From an uncultured Actinomycetota bacterium (GTDB lineage Bacteria > Actinomycetota > Humimicrobiia > Humimicrobiales > Humimicrobiaceae), in NCBI GenBank assembly GCA_964610315.1, contig CAZSVM010000005.1, positions 6,960-70,959 of the forward strand: a DNA stretch of 64,000 bases, in the 5' to 3' direction. The notes under the pieces are model-generated. The model worked only from the letters and a program-made list of their open reading frames with translations. It made no database searches and was not told the DNA's origin. Both the position numbers and the translations under genes were made by a program. Each line of letters starts with the position of its first letter. Within the stretch, counting starts at the first letter, position 1. Positions 32,323 to 42,811 of this stretch are shown piece after piece.

Positions 32323-32553
32323 CTACATATGGATAAACTGCAGAAGGTCATAAACCAGAAATGCAGGCCATACAAGGGCTTTTAAAAAACCGACTACCCC
32401 CAGACCGAAAGTAGCCGCACCCTGTATATAGTATACCGCTGCACCAATGAAGGCCATAAAATATGCACTGCCCGCGATTCCGGAGCCGCTGTGCTTTTTT
32501 ATTATCCTGGTTTCCTGATGATAATGCTTGGTTGTGTCATTATTATTTTCCAT
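32323..32553 (-). CDS. Small membrane protein
   Basis: 76 aa; AYFMAFIGAAVYYIQ...GFLKALVWPAFLVY; RBS-like sequence upstream. Confidence 0.7.
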   Translation of the reverse strand: MENNNDTTKHYHQETRIIKKHSGSGIAGSAYFMAFIGAAVYYIQGAATFGLGVVGFLKALVWPAFLVYDLLQFIHM

Positions 32554-32739
32554 TTTGTTTTCCTTTCTCTTTTTTTATAATTTACTATTTTATTATAAAA
32601 GTATTTAAAAAACAGCATTAAATTAAAACCAATAAATTATTATTAAAAATTAAGTATGGTTGCAATTCTTCGGATGAGTAAAATAAGTAAGGAAAAAAAA
32701 ATTAAATGTATTATAATCAGTTAATAAAAAAAGTGGTAT

Positions 32740-33852
32740 TTGTCGGAAGATAAAGTTTTTATTAATGGAGAAACTTTAAAGGAAAACAGATTTATGCAAA
32801 AGAAACCATCTGAATTATTAAGAGATATTAACATTAGCTTAAGAGTAACCGGAATCGGTAGTGTGCCTTTTACGGATGTAAATGAAGCCTGCGATCTTAT
32901 TCTAAAATATTGTCCGGCAATTCCTTATGTACCCCAGCTGATAAAAAGAGACCCCAGGGAAAATATGTTTTTGCAGTTCAGCGAGAATTTACCCTGTGTA
33001 ATGGAGGATTATGAAAAGAAACAGGTTTTTTTTGATGAGGCCAAAGACAGGGGAAAAAGTCTGGCTGAATTTTATGATTATGTAATAAATAATTGCTATG
33101 AATATTTTAAAATAAGCCCTCGGTATTTAGAAGGGTTTTACCCTATGATTGAGAAATGCAGGGATAGGGACAATCTCTTTATCAAAACCCAGGTTACTGG
33201 TCCCATTACCTATTTAATTTCTTTAACTAAAAAAGACAAGCAGTCCATGATTTATGATGATGAAATTGCTGACGCCATAACTATGGGCCTGGCTATGAAA
33301 GGTTTATGGCAGGTGCAGGAAATTATAAAAGCAGGAAAAATACCTGTACTCTTTATTGATGAACCGTCCTTATGGGGGGTGGGTTCGGCATATTTGGCGG
33401 TTAGCGATGAAAAGGTGGCTTCTCTTATAGGCAGTTTAATCGATTTTATAAGAGAGCGTAATAAGGATTTGCTTCTGGGAATACATTGCTGTGGCAATAC
33501 CAACTGGCGAATTATATTTGAATCGGGAATTGATATTGTCAGTTTCGATTCATACAGTTTCGGAGATAAATTGATACTTTACCCGGAAGAAATAAATAAA
33601 TTCCTGGGAAGAGGCGGCTTTCTTGCTTTTGGAATTACTCCCCTTTCGGAATACAAAGAAGGGATTTCGGAAGACGCACTCTACAACAAATTTATTTCGA
33701 TTTTAGGGGAATTTGAGAAAAAAAGTATCAATAGGGATCTGTTATTGAATAATATTATACTTACCCCTGCCTGCGGTTTGGGTCCAATGTCCCAGCCTGA
33801 TGCCAGAAGAGTAATTGAGCTTACCAGTTCGTTGGCAAAGAGAATATTATAG
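32740..33852 (+). CDS. Cobalamin-independent methionine synthase-like (single barrel) protein
   Basis: GIGSVP, KTQVTGPIT, FIDEP, GIHCCG, TPACGLG. Confidence 0.8.
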   Translation: MSEDKVFINGETLKENRFMQKKPSELLRDINISLRVTGIGSVPFTDVNEACDLILKYCPAIPYVPQLIKRDPRENMFLQFSENLPCVMEDYEKKQVFFDEAKDRGKSLAEFYDYVINNCYEYFKISPRYLEGFYPMIEKCRDRDNLFIKTQVTGPITYLISLTKKDKQSMIYDDEIADAITMGLAMKGLWQVQEIIKAGKIPVLFIDEPSLWGVGSAYLAVSDEKVASLIGSLIDFIRERNKDLLLGIHCCGNTNWRIIFESGIDIVSFDSYSFGDKLILYPEEINKFLGRGGFLAFGITPLSEYKEGISEDALYNKFISILGEFEKKSINRDLLLNNIILTPACGLGPMSQPDARRVIELTSSLAKRIL

Positions 33853-33911
33853 AGAATTCATCTTATATAGAACGTAAAACCATATTTTATAGGGAGCTAT
33901 TCCGGAAAACA

Positions 33912-34361
33912 CTACTTACTACTGCCAACAATCTTTCTTGCCCAATCAGCGGCACGTTCTTCTTCTCCTTCGTTAAGCGGACCTTCTTTACCTTTTACAA
34001 AGAAACCCTCGGGAGGCAGAGTAAGAGTACCGCCTTTGGCTTTTAAACTGGCTGCGATTTTATTTGCAGCATAACCAAAGATTTTGGCAAATTTCGCAGA
34101 TACCCTGGTATCAAATGCAGCCACCTTAATATCTTTAAGAGCAGATTCCGGAATTCTATTAATAAAATTTTGAACTGGTGGCATCGGTCTGCCTGCATAG
34201 GTAGGGGAACCAATAATAAGAAAGTCAATAGATTCCAGTTGAGAAAGATTTGCTTCCCCTGGGCGGAGCACCATGATATCACCGCCAATGGCATTGCCTA
34301 TGGATTTTGCGATTTTTTCCGTATTTCCGTAACCTGAATCATAGACTATCAAGGATTTCAT
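33912..34361 (-). CDS. Flavodoxin
   Basis: IVYDSGYGNTEKIA, IGSPT, AAFDTR. Confidence 0.9.
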   Translation of the reverse strand: MKSLIVYDSGYGNTEKIAKSIGNAIGGDIMVLRPGEANLSQLESIDFLIIGSPTYAGRPMPPVQNFINRIPESALKDIKVAAFDTRVSAKFAKIFGYAANKIAASLKAKGGTLTLPPEGFFVKGKEGPLNEGEEERAADWARKIVGSSK

Positions 34362-34472
34362 TAAGTACCTCCATATTTTATTTTATGGATAGTATATAAT
34401 TCTTCACTTTAAAAACCAATACTCTAACCGGATATTAAGTGGGCAGTGTTATGGAGTAGTAAAGAGGTTTTA

Positions 34473-35369
34473 TTAACTGCGTTTTCTTACTGCATGTCTG
34501 GGAGATGCACCTAAGTCCCAGAAGTCTTTAATTTTCTTGGGTAAAGAGGGGCTGCTTTTTTTTGATAATTTACTCCCGGCTTCGATAATTTCTCTGGTTA
34601 AGCTTTCATATGCACGGGCACCTTTACAGGATGGATCGTAAGTTTTAATGGGTTTACTCGCACCCGATGCTTCAACCAATTTTACGTTCTTAGGTATAAT
34701 GGTTTTAAATACCTTGTTAGGCAGATATTTTTTTACTTTTTTTATTACCTGTCTTGACAGCACTGTTTTCTGATACATAGTAAATACTATACCCAATATT
34801 TCGAGTGGTTCATTAAAGCCTTTTTTAATATTGTTTATGGTTTCTATTAACCGGTTGATTCCTTCAAAAGCATAAAACTCACATTGCATGGGAATTAGTA
34901 CTTCACTGGCTGAGACAAGGGCATTAGTGGTAAGAATTCCCAGGGAAGGCGAGCAGTCTATGACCATAAAATCAAAATTATATTCAATATTCTCGAGAGC
35001 ATTTTTTAATCTGAACTCTCTTCCGCTTACCACGGCAAGTTCTATTTCTGCATTTGAAAGAATTTTACTGGATGGCAATAGCGTCAGATTATTATAAGGG
35101 GTTTCCATGATCGCATTATTTGGATTTTCATTATAAATTAAAATATCATAAATGGATTTTTTTAGTTTCTTATAATCCACTCCCAGTCCTCTGGTGGAAT
35201 TGCTCTGGGGGTCCAAATCTATTAGAATGGTCCGGTAACCATATTCACCTAAATAAGCTGCTACATTTACGGCAGTGGTACTTTTACCTACACCGCCTTT
35301 CTGACTGGAGACAGCAATTATCCGATGAGATTGCTCTTTATAATTATAAGAATGTTTTACCTTAATCAT
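34473..35369 (-). CDS. ParA/Soj family ATPase (no adjacent parB)
   Basis: QKGGVGKSTTAVN, IDLDPQSN, IDCSPSLG, PMQCEFYA. Confidence 0.92.
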   Translation of the reverse strand: MIKVKHSYNYKEQSHRIIAVSSQKGGVGKSTTAVNVAAYLGEYGYRTILIDLDPQSNSTRGLGVDYKKLKKSIYDILIYNENPNNAIMETPYNNLTLLPSSKILSNAEIELAVVSGREFRLKNALENIEYNFDFMVIDCSPSLGILTTNALVSASEVLIPMQCEFYAFEGINRLIETINNIKKGFNEPLEILGIVFTMYQKTVLSRQVIKKVKKYLPNKVFKTIIPKNVKLVEASGASKPIKTYDPSCKGARAYESLTREIIEAGSKLSKKSSPSLPKKIKDFWDLGASPRHAVRKRS

Positions 35370-35672
35370 AGAAAATCTTGTTCTATATAAGAATATATAC
35401 GGTATATAATAACAGGCGTCTGACATCGGGTATCGAAACCTGATATTTGCTTATAATTTTATAACAGATTTATAAAATTTTTTCACTCGTTTTATTCAAA
35501 AATTTACGGAAATGATAAAAAATTTTTTAATCTGATCTTTTTACATTGAATTTTTTAAAAAAAATTTATTTTAAATACCTTTGTGTATAAAATTATGATA
35601 GCATCTACGGTTATATTTTTTAAATCTTTAGTGTAAAATAAGATTTAATTTTTAAAAACAAAGAAAAAATCA

Positions 35673-36542
35673 ATGAGAAATATAGCAATTGTAACTGATA
35701 CTACTGCTGATATTCCCGAAGAATTGATCAAAGCTAACCACATAACTGTTATACCGCTTAACGTGGGATTCGGTGGCAAGTTATATAAAGAGGGTAAAGA
35801 GATAAATAGCGGGATTGTATTTGATAAACTAAGAGAAGGTATAAAGGTGTACACTTCAACGCCCTCAGTAGGAGAATTCGCAGAAACTTACCACCACCTC
35901 ATTGAAAACAAGAAAAAAGATTTAATTTACTCTATTCATCTAAGTTCAAGATTATCTGCTACAGTTAATTCTGCAAATCAGGCGAAAAAATTTTTTCCTG
36001 AAACAGAGATTAAGATTATTGACTCCAGAACTGCTGCTATCGGTTTGGGTTTTATTGTACTGGAAGCAGCCAGAGCGGTAAAAAGAGGGGAAAGTGAAGA
36101 AAAAATAGATAAAATTATCGATTATCTTATTAGATATAACCGGCTTTTTGCGACTATTGATAATTTCAGGTATATATTCGTGGGGGGCAGAGCGCCTTTT
36201 CTGGGAAAATTTTTATCTATGTCAATAAGATTTAAACCGATTGTTACTCTGGGGAGTGACGGAAAGGTAAAATTGATTAAATTTGTTAGAAACAAGAGGA
36301 ATTCCTTAATAGAGCTTTACTGGCAGGTTAAAAAAATTTATTATCCTGTTAACAGGAAAAAGATTGGCATTTTTTACGGTGAAGACATAGGTCCTGCTTT
36401 AGAATTGGAAAAAATAATAAGAAGCGATAATAAAATCGAAATAGACGAATTAATATTAACCAAAGTAACCACAGTAATGAGCGCGCATACCGGTCCCGGA
36501 ATATGGGGAGTATCTTTCTGCTCCGCAGCCGGGTGGGATTAA
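35673..36542 (+). CDS. DegV family fatty-acid-binding protein
   Basis: IVTDTTADI, TSTPS, SSRLSAT, IDSR, AHTGPG. Confidence 0.93.
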   Translation: MRNIAIVTDTTADIPEELIKANHITVIPLNVGFGGKLYKEGKEINSGIVFDKLREGIKVYTSTPSVGEFAETYHHLIENKKKDLIYSIHLSSRLSATVNSANQAKKFFPETEIKIIDSRTAAIGLGFIVLEAARAVKRGESEEKIDKIIDYLIRYNRLFATIDNFRYIFVGGRAPFLGKFLSMSIRFKPIVTLGSDGKVKLIKFVRNKRNSLIELYWQVKKIYYPVNRKKIGIFYGEDIGPALELEKIIRSDNKIEIDELILTKVTTVMSAHTGPGIWGVSFCSAAGWD

Positions 36543-36581
36543 TTTTAATACTGCTTTTTTTATATTTCGGTCTATATTTTC

Positions 36582-37310
36582 TTATTTAATTGTAAAAATT
36601 ACCGTAACCGGAATCATTACTTCTTTTTCGATAGTGGATGTATCGTAAGTTCCCCAATCCGAAACCTCGGTAGAATTAACAGGCAGAACCTGAACCACTC
36701 CCAGATTTGCAGATTTTATGGTTCCTATTTTTTTACCGCTGCCCTCGGCAATCTTTTGAGCTCTCAATTTGGCATCATTTATTGCATCCGGGATTAATTC
36801 TATTCTGAGTTCCGGAAGTTTGGAATAATAATACTCAAGAGACTGGGTGGAGAATATAACTCCCAGGTTTATTAGTTCCTGAGTACTCTTGGCCATACCG
36901 GTAATTTTTTCAACATCACCTGATTGGATTGTAACTGTCTGTTTTAGTATGTTTTCCTTGGGGGCGTTCGGATCATACAAATATAGCTGTTCCATAAATA
37001 CCGGGGAGATAGTTAAATCGTTTTCGGTAAAACCATTATCCTTAAAAAAATCCAGTACCAGTTTCTGGTCATTCTGCATCATTCTATATCCTTCTTTTAA
37101 ATCTTCGGTAGAAATGGTTCTGCTGAAATTAGATGTCCATATAGCAATATCCGAAGTTACTCTTTCCCTGACTGATCCGGTTACTGAAAGGGTATCTTCG
37201 GGTGATCTTACTTTATAAAAAGTAAAAGAGCCAATTGAAGCACTAATTATCAAGCAGATCCCCACAATAATTGCAAAGTAAATAATTTTATTTGAATTTT
37301 CCTTTACCAT
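36582..37310 (-). CDS. SIMPL domain (DUF541) protein
   Basis: TM anchor, LSVTGS...SD.AIW, AINDAKLRAQKIA. Confidence 0.85.
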   Translation of the reverse strand: MVKENSNKIIYFAIIVGICLIISASIGSFTFYKVRSPEDTLSVTGSVRERVTSDIAIWTSNFSRTISTEDLKEGYRMMQNDQKLVLDFFKDNGFTENDLTISPVFMEQLYLYDPNAPKENILKQTVTIQSGDVEKITGMAKSTQELINLGVIFSTQSLEYYYSKLPELRIELIPDAINDAKLRAQKIAEGSGKKIGTIKSANLGVVQVLPVNSTEVSDWGTYDTSTIEKEVMIPVTVIFTIK

Positions 37311-37779
37311 TTTTTACTCCGTATATATGTTATTTAGATTTTATCTTCTGTGTATATGTTAATTTGTGTATATTAATTTTTGCATTTAATAATATCAACT
37401 TTAAGAGTTTTGTCAAGGAATAACCCTCAGGAAATAATCCTTATATTGGATTAAATAAAATAATTGACAATTAATATTAATTCTTATATAGTTAATAATA
37501 GTAATTAGTAATAAAATGAGATTTATAAGATTGAATATTTACAGGATTTCATGAATAGAATAATTAGGAATAAGTAGAATATTTTACTGATAGATTTTTT
37601 AAAAAAACCATATTATACTTTAAAAGTAACCTGTAATACAAAAGATGAGTTTAAAAATTCTAAAATATTCAAATACACCTCCAAAAAAATTTAGGGTTTT
37701 AAACAGCTGATAATAACTAAAATTGAATTTTAAAAAATATTTGTCAAAAAGCTACCGAGGTAAAAGAAAGGAGTAAAAA

Positions 37780-38331
37780 ATGGCTAAAGTAGCTAGAGAG
37801 ATGGTAGAGAAAGCCGGTGTAAATGTTGATGAGGTTGTAGAGCTTCTTGTAAAAAATGCAGGAGCTGAACTGACCACCTACTATTATTACACCATACTAA
37901 GGGCTAACCTGATCGGCCTTAAAGGAGAAGGAATAAAAGAAATAGCGGAGACGGCAAGAATTGAAGATAGAAACCACTTTGAGGCCATTGTTCCCAGAAT
38001 TTACGAGTTGGGAGGCAAACTTCCCGAGCGTATGAAGGATTTTCATGATGTTTCAGCCTGTCCACCTGCTGCTCTGCCTGAAGATCCTACGGATGTTATG
38101 GCTATTCTGAAAGTACTGGTTGAGGCTGAAAGATGTGCGGTAAGGGGTTATACTCATATCTGTAATGTTACAGCAGGAAAAGATCACCGGACTTATGATT
38201 TAGCCCTGTCTATCCTTAATGAAGAAATCGAGCATGAAAGCTGGTTTTCGGAATTTTTAGGTGAGGGTCCATCGGGCCATTTCTTGAGAAGAGGAGAAAC
38301 TTCACCGTTTGTAGGAAAATTCCTGAAATAA
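37780..38331 (+). CDS. dps: DPS-like (DPSL, thioferritin) ferritin-family protein
   Basis: AELTTYYYYTILR, EDRNHFE, SACP, EAERCA, EEIEHESWF, GPSGHF. Confidence 0.9.
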   Translation: MAKVAREMVEKAGVNVDEVVELLVKNAGAELTTYYYYTILRANLIGLKGEGIKEIAETARIEDRNHFEAIVPRIYELGGKLPERMKDFHDVSACPPAALPEDPTDVMAILKVLVEAERCAVRGYTHICNVTAGKDHRTYDLALSILNEEIEHESWFSEFLGEGPSGHFLRRGETSPFVGKFLK

Positions 38332-38419
38332 TATAATAGTTCTAATTCGAAAGTATTCTTGTTAGTAGAAGGCTTTGTGTCAAAAGCGAAGCCTTCTATT
38401 ACCATTAAAGGAGGTAATA

Positions 38420-39160
38420 TTGAAAAAACTGAGGTGGCAGTTGTTTTTAGGAATTATCTTAATATTATTATCCGGGTTACTTTATGTTTTTCATTATCTC
38501 ATATTCAGAGATGCACATCATATTTTTATTTATTTACTGGGGGATGTTGCATTTGTGCCCATAGAAGTGTTTTTGGTAACTGTTGTTATTCACAGGCTTT
38601 TGAGTGACAGAGAAAAAAGAGCTCTTCTTACCAAACTAAATATGGTAATAGGAGCTTTCTTCAGTGAGGCGGGGACCAATCTTTTAATCTATCTTTCCGA
38701 TCTTGATTCCAGATGCAGTATTTTAATCGAACATCTATCTAAAGTTAAAATATGGACAGATAGAGATTTTAAAGAAATTTATAAAAAATTTAAGGACTAT
38801 CAGTCGGATATTAAGATAGATCCCCAGAATCTGGAAAATTTGAAAATCTTTTTAATCAAAAAGAGAGAGTTCCTATTGAGACTTCTGGAAAATCCCAATT
38901 TGCTGGAGCATGAGTCATTTACCGATCTTTTATGGGCTGTATTCCATTTAACCGAGGAACTGGAAAAAAGAAAAAGTTTCGAAACGATGCCCGAAGCGGA
39001 TTATGAGCACCTGGTTGGTGATATTAAAAGAGCCTATAATCTGTTGATTTTAGAGTGGATTGCCTATATGAACCATCTTAAAAACAGTTATCCCTATCTG
39101 TTTTCACTGGCTATGAGGACCAATCCTTTTGACCTTGAAGCGTCACTGATAATAAGTTAA
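38420..39160 (+). CDS. Conserved membrane-anchored hypothetical protein
   Basis: GGAGG RBS + TTG; KLNMVIGAFFSE, LLENPNLLEHESFTDLLWAVFHL, YPYLFSLA.RTNPF. Confidence 0.75.
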   Translation: MKKLRWQLFLGIILILLSGLLYVFHYLIFRDAHHIFIYLLGDVAFVPIEVFLVTVVIHRLLSDREKRALLTKLNMVIGAFFSEAGTNLLIYLSDLDSRCSILIEHLSKVKIWTDRDFKEIYKKFKDYQSDIKIDPQNLENLKIFLIKKREFLLRLLENPNLLEHESFTDLLWAVFHLTEELEKRKSFETMPEADYEHLVGDIKRAYNLLILEWIAYMNHLKNSYPYLFSLAMRTNPFDLEASLIIS

Positions 39161-39236
39161 GATCAGCAATAATTTAGCGGCAGTAATAAGATAAGACTAA
39201 TAATGGTATTTAATACCGGCAGTAAACTGGAGCAGG

Positions 39237-39470
39237 ATGAAAGAATTCACAGAAAGGCGATTAAAAAAATATGACGGCAGAGAGGGCCGGAGAGCTTATG
39301 TTGCCTGTTATGGAAAAGTTTATGATGTAACGGATAGTTTCCTCTGGAAGGAAGGAAAACATCAAGTAACCCATTTTGCCGGAAAAGATCTAACTGAGGA
39401 GCTTGAAAAAGCTCCTCATGGAGTAGATCTTCTTGAGAAATTTCCCCTGATAGGCAGGCTGAAAAAATAA
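39237..39470 (+). CDS. Cytochrome b5-like heme/steroid-binding protein
   Basis: YDG..G..AYVA..GKVYDVT.S..W..G.H...HFAG.DLT, APHG. Confidence 0.88.
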   Translation: MKEFTERRLKKYDGREGRRAYVACYGKVYDVTDSFLWKEGKHQVTHFAGKDLTEELEKAPHGVDLLEKFPLIGRLKK

Positions 39471-39475
39471 TTGTT

Positions 39476-40237
39476 TTATTTTATGAGCGCCAAACTTAAA
39501 ATCATTACCATCATCCCGGCTATGAAGCTTACTATGGGAAGGTGAAGATATCCGTAGGATTTGGAGACTGGAATAAGCTCGTCAATGGATATAAAGACCA
39601 TGAGCCCTGCAATACCTGAAAGAAGGTAGCCTAAAATCTGAGAGTTTAGGAAAGGAAGAAGTATTACGGCGGTGATTAGTGCACCGATGGGCTCTACTAC
39701 TCCTGACAAAAAGGACCATAAAAAAGCCTTTTTCCTGCTCCCGGTTGCCTTATATACCGGTGCTGATACGGCGATACCTTCCGGAATGTTGTGGATAGCA
39801 ATAGCCACGGCTATGGCTGTTCCGATTTTTATGTTTACCAGCGAACTGTAAAATGTTGCCATCCCTTCAGGAAAATTATGAATCCCTATTCCCAGGGCAA
39901 CAAAAAGCCCTGTCCTGAGAAGTTTTTTATTAGTTATATCGCCCATCTTTTCTTTTTGCCCGATGTATTCGTGGGGGATAAGGAAGTCAATTAAAAAAAT
40001 AAAAATAAAGCCGATAATAAATGCTGCACTTGCTTTTATGAATCCCAGCTGCTCGAATCCGGAAGGAAGGAGTTCGAAAAAGGAGATTCCTATCATAACC
40101 CCAGCCGTAAAACCGAGAACGGCGCTCATGAACTTAGAGCTTTCCCTTTTGAAAGCGAGGCCTATAATACTTCCGATGGTGGTAGAAAGACCTGCAATCG
40201 AGGTTAAAATCAGCGGTCTTATTATTTGTTGGTCCAT
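39476..40237 (-). CDS. zupT: ZIP family zinc transporter
   Basis: IHNFPEG, AIHNIPEG, ISIDELIP. Confidence 0.92.
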   Translation of the reverse strand: MDQQIIRPLILTSIAGLSTTIGSIIGLAFKRESSKFMSAVLGFTAGVMIGISFFELLPSGFEQLGFIKASAAFIIGFIFIFLIDFLIPHEYIGQKEKMGDITNKKLLRTGLFVALGIGIHNFPEGMATFYSSLVNIKIGTAIAVAIAIHNIPEGIAVSAPVYKATGSRKKAFLWSFLSGVVEPIGALITAVILLPFLNSQILGYLLSGIAGLMVFISIDELIPVSKSYGYLHLPIVSFIAGMMVMILSLALIK

Positions 40238-40521
40238 TTTTTAAAAACAGTTTTATCTAAGATTTAAATTTTATTCAATGGCTATTTATTCAAATAACCA
40301 TTTAATTATATTGATTTGCCTGAAATTTGTCTACCGGTGGATGGCCCTAAAAATAATCAGAGTATAATTTTTTAAAGGAGAAAAAATAAATTGCAACAAA
40401 ATTATTTATAATCCTGAAATGAACCCGGTAAAAAAACTTACCATTCAAGAGTAAAAAGTCTATAATAATAAATAACCGGAGAATTAAAAAATAATTTAAT
40501 GAACAAAGGTTTTTAATTAAA

Positions 40522-41643
40522 ATGTCAAAAATTGCTCTCAGGAACATTACTAAATATTATGATAAGCTGCTGGTTCTTAATGACATCTCTCTGGATATAA
40601 GCGATAGAGAATTTTTATGTATAACCGGACCATCGGGCTGTGGAAAAACAACGTTACTCAGAATTATCTCCGGTTTGGATACCAACCATTCCGGTAAAAT
40701 ATATTTTGATGATGTTGATTTCACAGATCTAAGCCCCTCCGAGAGAAATATTTCTATGGTTTTTCAAGAATTTGCCCTTTATCCTTTTTTAATTGCAAGG
40801 GAAAACATAGCTTTCCCTTTAAGATTAAAAAAATATCCTCTGGAAGAAATACTCCAAAAATTAAAATCTACTGTAAAAATGATTGATGTTGGAGTGGAGA
40901 AATATCTTGATTTCTTTCCTAAAGAACTGTCGGCCGGTCACCGGCAGAGGGTAGCTACCGGCAGGGCAATTATCAGGGATAATCCCAGAGCTCTTTTGAT
41001 GGATGAACCTCTCAGCAATCTTGATGCCAAGATAAGAATGAATACCAAAACTTATCTTAAGAAATTGGTAACAAGATTGAAAATAACCACAATTTATGTT
41101 ACCTCTGACAGCAGTGAAGCATTGGCTTTGGCTGACCGGATTGCAGTATTGAATAATGGCCGGTTTGTTCAGATTGATAGCCCCTATAATATTTATAATT
41201 GCCCCAAAAATATGTTTATCGCCGATTTTTTTGGAACACTGGGAATGAATTTTATTAATGGGGTTGTAAAAGACCAGAATTTTTTCTTTGATGGCTGTTC
41301 AGTGGATATCAAATACTATACCGATAAGGATACTATGAAAGAGTTATATAAGAAACCTGAATTGGTACTAGGAATTAGACCTGAAAATATAAATTTTTCC
41401 ATCAAACCTTTAAAAGCGGGAATAAAGGTAAAAGTTGATTTAATACAGAGATTCCCTCCAAAGGCAAATATAAGATGTAAATTGGGGAAATATATTATCA
41501 ATGTTATATGCTTTATGGAAGATTTGGCCGGAATATGTCAGGGAATGGAAATTTATCTGGATTTCGATAAAAGCAAAATACTCCTTTTCTATCCTTATAA
41601 TGGAGACTTGATTACACCGGAATTATATCATATATGTATTTGA
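40522..41643 (+). CDS. MalK-like sugar ABC ATPase (no adjacent permease)
   Basis: GPSGCGKTT, LSAGHRQR, MDEPLSNLDAK, GIRPE. Confidence 0.88.
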   Translation: MSKIALRNITKYYDKLLVLNDISLDISDREFLCITGPSGCGKTTLLRIISGLDTNHSGKIYFDDVDFTDLSPSERNISMVFQEFALYPFLIARENIAFPLRLKKYPLEEILQKLKSTVKMIDVGVEKYLDFFPKELSAGHRQRVATGRAIIRDNPRALLMDEPLSNLDAKIRMNTKTYLKKLVTRLKITTIYVTSDSSEALALADRIAVLNNGRFVQIDSPYNIYNCPKNMFIADFFGTLGMNFINGVVKDQNFFFDGCSVDIKYYTDKDTMKELYKKPELVLGIRPENINFSIKPLKAGIKVKVDLIQRFPPKANIRCKLGKYIINVICFMEDLAGICQGMEIYLDFDKSKILLFYPYNGDLITPELYHICI

Positions 41644-41958
41644 AGTGTTAATCGTTCGAATGGTAATTTGGTCGTATTGATTTATTTAAAATTTATATAT
41701 AAGCTGGTAGTAGGAAAGTGATTTTATTATTCTGAGAATATAAATGTCTTTAAAGAAATTATAATAAAGGATATAATCTCATTATTATAGAGGTGCTGTT
41801 CGTGACAATATTATTAAATAGGATTAAATAAATTATCTCGGGATTTAACTATATTAAAAAGATAAAAGATCAAAAATAAAATAAAAGTGCGATTATTTTA
41901 GTTGATTATTATGCTATAATTATCGTAAATATTTTCAGAAATTGTAATTAAAAGAGAT

Positions 41959-42624
41959 ATGGATATGGACAGAAGTGATAAATTTTATACTATTGAAGAA
42001 GCTACCGACCTGCTGGGGGTAAGTGAGCAGGAAATAATGAATATGATTTCCATGAAAAAATTACCTGCTGTAAAGATAGAAAAATCCATAAAAATAAGAG
42101 AGGAAGATATGGAAAGATTTCTGGACAGTCTGGGTAAAAAAGATATGGAGAGTAATAATGTTATAGAAAATGAAACCGAACCGGCAGCGGAGACAGAGGA
42201 AGTATATGAAGAAGAAATTGAAAATGGATATGAAGTAAAAGAAGAACCTGAAAGCGGTAAAATCCAGTCGGAGAATTCGTACAGAGAGTTGTTAAGAAAA
42301 AAACAGGAACTTGAAGAAGATATAAATTATCTGCAGTTTAAGTATGACGAGTTTAAAAAAAGGATAAAAAGTATAATTTCAGAAGAGTTTAAGTTGTTTT
42401 TAAAGGAAATAGATGAAGGAAATTTACCGGAAGGTGATGAGGTTCTGGGAAATAATTTTGATAATGATTTAGATATGTACAAGGATATTGATAGAAAAGA
42501 AGAAAATGATTACCATAACCATGAAGAAGATCTGTTCGCGGAAGATAATGGAAAGGAAGAGAAAAAACTAATACCGGAAAAGGATGATAAAATCGAACTG
42601 GGAGAGAACGGAACTGATAATTAA
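41959..42624 (+). CDS. Excisionase-type HTH (HTH_17) protein with an acidic coiled-coil tail
   Basis: FYTIEEATDLLGVS...LPAVKI...IREED; E/D-rich remainder. Confidence 0.7.
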   Translation: MDMDRSDKFYTIEEATDLLGVSEQEIMNMISMKKLPAVKIEKSIKIREEDMERFLDSLGKKDMESNNVIENETEPAAETEEVYEEEIENGYEVKEEPESGKIQSENSYRELLRKKQELEEDINYLQFKYDEFKKRIKSIISEEFKLFLKEIDEGNLPEGDEVLGNNFDNDLDMYKDIDRKEENDYHNHEEDLFAEDNGKEEKKLIPEKDDKIELGENGTDN

Positions 42625-42742
42625 TAATTTTATCTTAAGATAAATCTGGGTAGAAGAAGATAAGTGTTGTTCAAATGAGGGTTTATTATTTTTTAATTAA
42701 AAGCAGTTACAGATTGGTGCAGAAAAATTTAAGGCTTAAAGA

Positions 42743-42777
42743 AGTCAGGGGTGAAATTTCACTTCTGATTTTTTTTT
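42743..42777 (+). terminator. Intrinsic terminator
   Basis: AGTCAGGGGTGAA...TCACTTCTGATT hairpin followed by a T run. Confidence 0.75.
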
Positions 42778-42811
42778 AATTATATAAAAAATGAAAAGGT
42801 ATAGTTGAAAG

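Noticed and set aside
33871-33899. Possible tenth att-like site (AACGTAAAACCATATTTTATAGGGAGCTA)
   Set aside because: It shares TATAGGGAGCTA with site 6 but lacks GTCC and the D-x-F-R-T frame, and lies 6 kb beyond the array; probably chance or too decayed to support.
42625-42780. c-di-GMP riboswitch upstream of the GGDEF/HD-GYP gene
   Set aside because: No recognisable GEMM-I/II consensus; only a terminator is supported.
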